Positions 53,575-64,000 of a DNA stretch of 64,000 nucleotides are shown piece by piece. The stretch lies in contig OZ024743.1 of NCBI GenBank assembly GCA_964016885.1, positions 189,348,001-189,412,000 on the forward strand, given 5' to 3'. The notes below the pieces were generated by a model that saw only the letters and a list, made by a program, of their open reading frames with translations, ran no database searches and was not told the DNA's origin. The translations under genes were made by a program, and so were the position numbers. Source of the DNA: Eledone cirrhosa (lineage: Eukaryota). How positions within the stretch are numbered: the stretch's first letter is position 1; every line of letters begins with the position of its first letter.

Positions 53575-54240
53575 TTGAGCGAAGGTGGGGGATTGGCAGT
53601 ATTGGTAGAGTGTCGGAGAACATGCTTCGCGACATAGAGTTACATCCCTTTACATTCTAAGTTCAAATCTTGCCGATGTTGGCTTTGCTTTTCAACCTTA
53701 TACAGTCGATAAAATAAAGCACCAGTAATGTACTGGGGTCAAATTAATCAACTTTCCATCCCTCAAAATTCTTGGCCTTGTGCCTAAATCAGAAACCATT
53801 ATTCAAGGGTGAGGTAGGGCGGTGGATTGGTAGTATCAGTAGAGCATTTGACACCCTGCTCCGTGGCATAGAGTTACATCCTTTTACATTCAGAGTTGAA
53901 ATCTTGCCGAAGTTAGCTTTGCCTTTCATCCTTATGGGTTGATAAAATAAAGTACCAATCACGAACTGGGATCGATTTAATTGACTTTTCCCTCCCCCTT
54001 GTGCCTAAATCAGAAACCATTATTATTGGGTGTGTTGGCAGTATTATTAGAGCATCGGACAACTTACTTTGAGGCAAATACGTTCCTTTATGTTCTGAGA
54101 TCAAATCCATCAGAGGTTAGCTTTTTCCATTCCCCCTTACAGGATCGATAAAACAAATACCAGTAACACACTGAGGTCAATATAATTGACTTCCTCTCCC
54201 CAAAAATTGTTGATCTTGTGCTTAAATCAGAAACTATTAT
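53575..54240 (+). mobile_element. Three tandem SINE family A copies, plus strand
   Basis: Copies at about 53575-53800, 53815-54025 and 54027-54240, each ending TTGTGCyTAAATCAGAAAC. Confidence 0.85.
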
Positions 54241-57200
54241 TAAGGGGATTCCTAGAATCAAACCAGAAAAATATTGAACCAAGTGAAAAAGCACTTGAAC
54301 TGAAAAGTAAGTTATATACAAATCAGATGAAGACACCAATTATCAACAATAGATTTGGTAAGAATTTTATAAAAATGCACCCAATTGACACTGAGTAAAA
54401 TGCCTGTAATGGTGTCACCACAAAAAAGCAGATATTCCATCCTGTTAGGTGGAATACGGATTGTATAAGCAAAGTATGTTCATCTGAGATGTCTAGCCTC
54501 ATAATATGACAAACCATCTAACCTATGAAAGCAGGAAAAATACATGTTTAAATGGTTGTGTTTATGATGAACTAATATATGCAATGAGAAAGGCAGAGGA
54601 AATGATGAAAAATATGAATAATAATAAAATCATTATCATAAGGTATTAATAGAGGATGTAAATTATTTAATGGAATACATATAGTAAAATAATTGGATGC
54701 CAAAAGATCAAAGATATGTACATGTAGAAATAGGAATAGAAAATAGAAAACTTAAAACTGCATCTCAATCTATGAGTCATAGAATACATTTGAAGGGATG
54801 TCAGAGAGAAATTCGTTTAGCTTCGAAATATTTGATTAAATGTAAGATGTTCACGAACATGTTATACAATAAGCCATTAAGTCATATGCATAAGTGCTAT
54901 AATGTAATATTTACTACAAACAAAACCTGAAGAATATTTCCCCAAGAAAATAATAAATATCAATTTTATTAATCACATGGGAAATTGCCATTTTACTTAA
55001 AGGCTTAAAAAAAATGGGACATGGCAAAATATTGATTTGCCAAAATAGGTCATGATGGTAAACATTTGGTGACTGTAAGTGAGTTTTATAGAGAAAGATG
55101 GCTAATAAACTAGAAGCCATATAAACAAGCAGGCAGTTAGGTGAATGTATATGTAAATATAATGGCCGAAAACATGACAAGTACAATTAGAAATGTTAGG
55201 AAGAATTTGTTGCTTGTTTAAAACAAATAATTACAAGAAGAATTAAATAAAGCTACTGGATTTCTGGCTGAATTTTGCATGAGTGAAGCTATAATTACAA
55301 TGGTACTCAAAGAAACAAGTGAACAAAAGACACAACCTTCCAGTGGTAAGTATAAAAAAGGTCATTTCATCACAAGCACAATCTAGAGGAAGATGTGCCA
55401 AGATTATATAAAGAAAAGAAAATTTAGAATAGTATGCTATCTAAAAATCTAAAAATAAAAACAAGACAAATAAACATACATGGCTGAAAGCTACATTGAA
55501 GAAAAATGTAAGGAAGGAAAATATTTCATTTAAAACTGAAGCAGGAGGTGAAATGGTCAATGATAAAGTGGAGAGAGGCATTTGTGATTGAAAGATGAGG
55601 CTAAATAGGTAATGGTTACATGATGCAGAAAAGAAATCTGCGAGAAAACTAGATTTGGTTTTACAAATTATTGTTACTGTTGCCAAAATAAGTCACAATC
55701 AAGCAAACCTATAATTAAGCCCATTCTAGTCATGACCATCCTATTATTTATTGTGACCTAGTTGCACCTAGGAGTACATTAGCCACTGTATCTATCCAAT
55801 TTTATTAGGGTAAGGTGTGGTTTAAGAAAGATTTGGCTGCTATGTCCAGCACATTGTAAAAGTTCTCATTAGTTTCTGGTGTGGTTTATATTGTTGAGAA
55901 TAACAAAGTTGCCAACTACACTTTGAAGTAAATGAAAATTGTTGCCAGTGGCTTCATATTTGCGATGAAGGCAGGCATATGAGCTGTGGCTTAGTAGTGA
56001 ACTACTGTGTAATAGTCAGACAAGGATTCTAGACCCATTGACTTAACGTTTTTATGAAATGAGAATCATGGACATATGCTGCAATTGTCCATAGCCCATG
56101 ACTCTCAGCAATGAGGATGGGAAGGTACCAGAGAAATAGTAGAAGACTTAGAACATTGTTAGGTTATTGGTTTTAGCAGCTTAGTGAATAACATACTACA
56201 TATTATCTTGCTTTGTCTGGTACAGCTCTCAAACCACTATGCCAATTCACCTCTTTATTCAGTATACTATTTTAATAGATGTGAATTAAAGTAGTTATGT
56301 GTAGCATGTAGCAGCTGCCTTTATTAGATACATGAGCTGTAATCCAATACTGAGCGCAGTTGTAATTACAGAAAATTAGCAACTGTTCAGTGTAAAGATA
56401 TTTTCTAATCCTGATGTGGATGCCTAGCTTTTGAGCTATAATATCGATATATTGTCAATGTGGAAGTTCAGCAATGGCAGTGAATTTAACATATGTTTGT
56501 TGTTTATGTCAGCTGGGTGGGATAAGAAGGACATTTCGGAGATATTTCCTATTTTAACAGGACAAGCCACTATTTAGAGGCTTCTAGATTGGCTTATGCC
56601 AAACTGAATGTATGAAAAAGTCAAATTGATTTTAAACCTGAATTAACATTCTGAAAATTTTAGCTGTACAGTATTCTATGCTGAATTGTACTCTGGGTAT
56701 TTTAAAAACAGGTGTTATTCATTAATTTAAAGCCCTTTTCTATGGTAACTAAAACATTAGTCTAAGTTATGAAGCAATTACTAATATAATGATAGTGCAT
56801 TAATGTATTTCATACTCGCAAAACCAAATTACTATTCACACACATTCAGCATTTCTTTTCTCTGCACTAAAAATGTAAATATAGCATTAAAAAGTAATGA
56901 ACTACAAATCAAAGCAGTATATTATAAAGATCATTATAAAGCTTTCTGATGGAGTATTTCCAAATAATTGATGTTCTATCTATCACCATAGGGAGCATTG
57001 GGTCACACATCTTTAGTGACACATTTTTGAACTGTGTTTGATGCCATAAAATCAGGAAAAAGCCAAATCAAAGAAACAAAAGTTAATTGATTTTCTGCAT
57101 GGAAGATTGCAGTGCTTTGGCAAAGAATTCATCTAAATAAGAGAGTGAGAGAGAAGGAGAAAGGGTTGGGGAGAAACAAAATGATAAAAGATATCAAATA

Positions 57201-58272
57201 GGTGATAAGATCTGAGAGAAAATACTTTCAGAAATAAGTAATGAAATTGACCAAAAGTCAGTGGTAATTGAATTCATAATGGCTCATTGCTTGTTAAAGT
57301 TATTCTGCTTGAGGTCTTTAATATGGCAGTTAAATTTTAGTAAATAAATGAATAAATACATGTAAATTAAAAATAAATTGACATAATAAAATAGAAAAAA
57401 TTATTTTAAAATATATACAAGCATTTAACTACCAATTTGATAAATCACAGCAGGGAAATTTTGAAAAATAAGACACAACTGAATTCAAAGAAAACAAGGT
57501 TCAAGTGATTGACCTTGAGAAAATTGCTTCATTAATGTTCTCTTAATGAAAGCAAACCAGGTATCATTCATTGCAAGAAGATCGAAGCAGCATTGATAAA
57601 TTTGACTCTAATGAGAAGGGACAGATTTGTTGTACTCTCTTCTCTCCCTCCCTTTCCTCTTTCTCAGAGAAGTAACCATGTACAGCCAGTCTTAAAATCC
57701 TCTCTCATAGCCTGGAGAACTATAATGAATAGTAGTGTGCTAAGAAACAAACCCTGGTGAAATCCATTAAGTTTCAACAACTTTCTTGGATTTTCGTTTC
57801 CTTCCAGCCACCCACATACTATGAGTACTTTGAAAGCAAAATATTGAATAAAAGAGCTTTATATATGGATACATAGAGTAGGAGAGAGAGGGGGAGAGAG
57901 CAATTGAGAGTGAGGGAAGAGAGAGTGAGAGAAATTAAATAAAATCAGAAGATTGAAAGAAAATGTATTGTCAGAGAAAAACATGCATGTGTGTGTGCAT
58001 GCGTGTATTTGTGTCCATTGCTTACGATATTTATGTATTAAAAAGTTCAAATTATAAAACTTTGTTGGAAATATTTTCAAAAGAATGTATTAAATTACCT
58101 ACTACAATATAGTAAATGTAGAAAAACAGTATTTCATTGTGAAATAATCACGCTAGATATCTACCACCTTATTTACGTAGAATTTGAAGTTGGTGAAAAT
58201 CGTTAAAATTAAGTCACCTTCACATTTTACTAACAATTATTTTGGTCACATATTGTTTGGCTTATATTCAAG

Positions 58273-59062
<790 letters not shown>

Positions 59063-59140
59063 AACGAAGGAAATGTGGTAAGGAACCAGGTGGACCATAA
59101 CGCACCAAAGTACTCAATACTTGAGGTAGTAGAGTGGGTA

Positions 59141-59255
59141 ATAGGAACCAGTAAGACCCCGACAGCTGAGCTCAAGCCGTTTCGACGGCTAATTCTGGAC
59201 TCAGAATTAGCCGTCGAAACGGCTTGAGCTCAGCTGTCGGGGTCTTACTGGTTCC

Positions 59256-59258
<3 letters not shown>
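59141..59258. repeat. Perfect palindrome, 57-bp arms with 4-nt spacer, built from the 3' half of a family D hammerhead
   Basis: 59141-59197 is the reverse complement of 59202-59258; AGCCGTC-GAAACGGC..GCTGTC-GGGGT matches 17855-17891. Confidence 0.93.
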
Positions 59259-59286
<28 letters not shown>

Positions 59287-59477
59287 TATATATATATAAT
59301 ATATATATATATATATAATATATATATATATATATAATATATATATATAATATATATATATATAATATATATATAATATATATATATATATAATATATAT
59401 ATATATAATATACATATATAATATATATATAATATATATATATATAATATATATATATATAATATATATATATATAT

Positions 59478-60290
59478 AATACGATATTAAACAAATGGAA
59501 ACTACATTTATAAAACCATATTTATTTCATTATATATATTTCAGGGATATCATATTAAAAATATGGTATGCTCTCTTCAGACAAAATACAATATATAAAC
59601 AGTTTTATAAATAAATTTGATATACCTTAAAACTTTACAACTTCCATTTAAAAAGTTGTTTTGGTAGTGAAAATGTTAAGGACAGTTAGAAAGAAAGACG
59701 AAGAGAAAAAAGAAAGAAAGTGTATAGTGCTAAGGACAGTTAGAGAGGAAGGCGAAGAAAATGAAGAAATGTATGTAAAGAAAAAACAACAGAGCGAGAT
59801 AGAGAGAGAGAGAGATATGGGAGAGAGAAATATTGAGGAGGTGAAAAATGAATAACGTACAAATGAGAGATTTAGGAGGGAAGGGGGTACTGTAATTATT
59901 TATTTATTTATTTATTTAGTTATAGTGTTAAGGATACGGAGAGAAATAAAAATAAAAATAAAAATAAATAAAGAGAGGTAGAAAGAGATATAGGTGGTGG
60001 GAGAAAAGAGGTAGATCGAGTAATATCTATTATACGAGGTGGGAGAGATAGGGGAGGGGTGAGATACAGGAGGTAGAGTTAAATCGACCGATACATAAGT
60101 CCCGTCAAGTGTAGAGGGAGGAGGAGAAGAGATATATTCAGAAATAAAGATGATAGTTTTAAAATATTATGTTTCATCAGTCTATCAATTCTTATGAATT
60201 AGGTATTATAATGTAAATATCAATATTCATGAATGAGACACATATCAATAATGTGTGAAAAAATAATGACTATATGTTTAGTTTAAAAAT
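59478..60290 (-). mobile_element. PLE-end module family C with HHR at 59523-59588 (stem II damaged)
   Basis: Homologous to 12513-13030; minus strand CTGAAGA..GAAA-TATATA-TA. Confidence 0.75.
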
Positions 60291-60342
60291 TCTTAGGTTT
60301 ATATATATAATATATATATATATAATATATATATATATAATA

Positions 60343-60475
60343 TATGTTGATGCCCTAAGGACAGACACTGGTCTGTTGGAGATGCAGGACATGGCACCGA
60401 TAATGAGGGACAGAGACCGCTTGAGAGAACTCGTCCATGGATCTCGGGAATTTTAACCGCCTTAGATAGATAGAT
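60343..60475 (+). mobile_element. LINE (RTE-like) extreme 3' fragment
   Basis: YVDALRTDTGL..MRDRDRLRELV, then a (TAGA)n tail. Confidence 0.55.
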
Positions 60476-60774
60476 ATATATATATAATATATATATATAT
60501 ATAATATATATATATATATATAATATATATATATATAATATATATTATATATATAATATATAGTAGAATAATCAAGTATCGAAAAATCGGCGCATGAGTT
60601 CACGATAAACAAAATTCAAAAATGAGCGGCAGAGGGCTCAATAATTCAGATAAATCAGAGCTATAACTATCGTTAAAATACCGTCACACATAGAACAAAT
60701 CTATAATCAACCGTACGACCGAAAAATTGCGATCTGGAAGATTCGGGACACTCAGAAAAAATATCAAATCAATA

Positions 60775-61179
60775 AAATATATATATATATTATATATATA
60801 TATATATATTATATATATATATATTATATATATATATATTATATATCTATATATATTATATATATATGTATATTATATATATATATATTATATATTATAT
60901 ATATATATATATATTATATATATATATTATATATTATATATATATATTATATATTATATATATATATATTATATATATATATTATATATTATATATATAT
61001 ATTATATATTATATATATATATTATATATATATATTATATATTATATATATATATTATATATATATATATATTATATATTATATATATATATATTATATA
61101 TATATATATATTATATATTATATATATATATATTATATATGTATATATATTATATATATATATATATATATATCTATAT

Positions 61180-61270
<91 letters not shown>

Positions 61271-61293
61271 ATATATATTATATATATATATAT

Positions 61294-61340
<47 letters not shown>

Positions 61341-61352
61341 ATATATATATTA
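60775..61352. repeat. (TA)n microsatellite
   Basis: Direct reading. Confidence 0.97.
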
Positions 61353-61439
61353 TAGTAATAATAATAAAATTGAAGAATAAAATCCAAAGAGGGCTCGATA
61401 AGGAAAATATATATCAAATATACAAGAACCGTAGAGCAA

Positions 61440-61588
61440 ATATTTATTAAAATAACAGATTAAAGTTTAAGCAAAGAATCGCTGCTTTCACCCTTAACGG
61501 GATCTTCTGAAACTGTTTCAGAAGATCCCGTTAAGGGTGAAAGCAGCGATCCTTTGCCTAAACTTTAATCTGTTATTTTAATAAATAT
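61440..61588. repeat. Palindrome with 74-bp arms, 1-nt spacer, 2 mismatches; degenerate HHR core in each arm
   Basis: Centre at 61514; CAGAAGA-T-CCC-gttaa-GGG-T-GAAA at 61519-61542. Confidence 0.9.
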
Positions 61589-61598
61589 ATATATTATA

Positions 61599-61656
<58 letters not shown>

Positions 61657-61845
61657 AAATATCTTTAAGTCGTTTGGAAGCCTCGACAATGCAAATGGGT
61701 AAATCTCCGGGTAACTAGGTCCGGTGGTGGAGAGAGAGATGTAAGTGGGTGTACGTTTAGATGCGTGGTGTGTATAAGATGTGTGAGATGTGTAGAATGA
61801 AGTGAAGAGTATAAAGGATAAAATTAAAATAACATCACAAGAGAG

Positions 61846-62362
61846 AGTTACCTTGGGAGAGATTTAATAGTCCCTATATATTTTGGATTCACATCCATCA
61901 ACATGATGAAATTTAAGTATCGCTGTTTTCTCTTTATTAATTTTTTATTTCTCTCCGTCTCCTTAACACTATAACTAAATAAATAAATAAATAAATAATT
62001 ACAGTACTCCCTCCCTCCTAAATCTCTCAATTTGTATGATGAATTATTATTATTCATCTGTTGCCTCAGCTGCCTGTCATTTTCACCCCCTCACTATTTC
62101 TCTCTCCCATATCTCTCTCTATCTCTCTCTGTTTTTCTTTACATACATTTATTCCTTCTCTCCGTCTTTCTTTCTAACCGTGCTTAACACTAAATATTTA
62201 CAAACATTTCACTACCAAACCAACTTTTTAAATGGAAGTTGATCAATATTTATGGTACGTCAAATTTATTTATCAAACTGCTTATATATTGTATTTTATC
62301 TGAAGAAGGCATGCCATATTTTGAATATGGTATCCCTGAAATATGTATAATGAAATAAATAT
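61846..62362 (+). mobile_element. PLE-end module family C
   Basis: Partly the reverse-complement homologue of about 59520-59950. Confidence 0.75.
62292..62357 (+). ncRNA. Type I hammerhead ribozyme (family C)
   Basis: TATTTTAT-CTGAAGA-AGG-c-ATGCCATATT-ttg-AATATGGTAT-c-CCT-GAAA-TATGTA-TA-ATGAAATA. Confidence 0.85.
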
Positions 62363-62648
62363 TAAAATTTTAAATAACACTTTTGTATATATATTATATA
62401 TATATATATTATATATATAATATATATATAACTTTTGTATATATATTATATATATATATATTATATATATAATATATATATATATTATATATATATATAT
62501 TATATATATATATATTATATATATATATAATATATATATATAATATATATATATATATATTATATATATAATATATATATATAATATATATATATATATT
62601 ATATATATAATATATATATATATATTATATATATATATATTATATATA

Positions 62649-62833
62649 TAATTGTTTCTACTTTAGGGACAAGGCCAGCAATTACCCAGTGCATTACTGG
62701 TACTTTATTTTATCGACCCCGTAAGGATGAAAGGCAAAGTCAACCTCGGCGGGATTTGAACTCAGATCGTAAAGGGACGTAACTATGCTGGAAAGCATGG
62801 CGTCCGACCCTCTACCGATACTGCCATTCCACC
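62649..62833 (-). mobile_element. SINE family A (tRNA-derived, Meta-like central domain), near full length
   Basis: Minus strand TGGCAGTATCGGTAGAG..GAGTTCAAATCC..GCCTTTCATCCTTACGGGGTCGATAAAATAAAGTACCAG. Confidence 0.88.
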
Positions 62834-63163
62834 AATATATATTATATATATAATATATATATATATATTATATATATATATAATATATATATATAATATA
62901 TATATATATATTATATATATATATATAATATATATATATAATATATATATATATATATTATATATATATATATAATATATATATATAATATATATATATA
63001 TATTATATATATATATATAATATATATATATAATATATATATATAATATATATTTATATATATTATATATATATATAATATATATAATATATATATATAT
63101 AATATATATATATATATTATATTTATATAATATATATATATATATATTATATATATATATATG

Positions 63164-63243
<80 letters not shown>

Positions 63244-63282
63244 TATATATATATATATTATTTATATATATATATATATATA

Positions 63283-63354
<72 letters not shown>

Positions 63355-63483
63355 ATATATATATATTATGTATATATATTATATATATATTATATATATT
63401 ATATATATATATTATATATATATATATATATATAATATATATATTATGTATATATATTATATATATATTATATATATTATATA

Positions 63484-63549
<66 letters not shown>

Positions 63550-63620
63550 ATCAAGGGCGGTGCCCCAGCATGGCCTAAGCCGGATGGCTGAAACAGGTAA
63601 AAGAGTAAAAGAGTATATAT

Positions 63621-63703
<83 letters not shown>

Positions 63704-63719
63704 CAATATATATATAATA

Positions 63720-64000
63720 TAACAACTTGATTTTAAAGGAACTTAGGAAAAATTACAAAAAAGCCCCGGCTGATGATCTTACTGAAATTAATGAAGAAGC
63801 CTACAAATTAATTACCAAATTTAGGAATATAAGGAAGAACCGAGACATTCTTACCTAGGCAGCTGAGGATTAACTTGAAGGATCACAAAAGAAATTTTGA
63901 GGAACAGATGCCAGTTAGGCGGATTGCTCCATCGAAATCGGATATTGGAACATCATCGATAGAATATTACCCACTCTTAAATTGAGATCTAATTTGAGCT
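63720..64000 (+). mobile_element. Decayed Penelope-like RT N-terminal fragment
   Basis: LRKNYKKAP..INEEAYKLI..LKDHKRNF..PVRRIAPSKSDIG resembles the PLE LKDHK..RLINPxKSEIG motif. Confidence 0.75.

Noticed and set aside
55250-55351. Short open frame ending at a GTAAGT donor-like site; acceptor-like TTTTCAG near 30157
   Set aside because: No matching splice partner or recognisable protein; a host exon cannot be supported without RNA data
63750-63770. CTGATGA..GAAA string
   Set aside because: Lies inside PLE RT coding sequence and lacks pairing stems

Overview
AT-rich eukaryotic, repeat-saturated non-coding DNA. The SINE families and long (TA)n/(CA)n tracts suggest a cephalopod such as Octopus (inference). 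No host protein-coding exon can be supported, and most ORF-track entries are microsatellite read-throughs. The window holds six decayed Penelope-like element (PLE) coding fragments (RT and/or GIY-YIG), many non-coding PLE-end modules embedded in (TA)n, RTE and R4/Dong-type LINE remnants, a truncated Gypsy pol, a young non-autonomous LTR element with TG..TA ends plus a related solo LTR, and two tRNA-derived SINE families. The strongest signal, folded by hand, is more than 20 type I hammerhead ribozyme (HHR) motifs from about a dozen sequence families. They include a 511-bp tandem retrozyme-like array, three U3-A8 core variants, a compensatory stem I change between copies, fold-back palindromes pivoting next to the ribozyme, and head-to-head fusions of unrelated PLEs. 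Coordinates were read by eye, so boundaries of decayed repeats are approximate.
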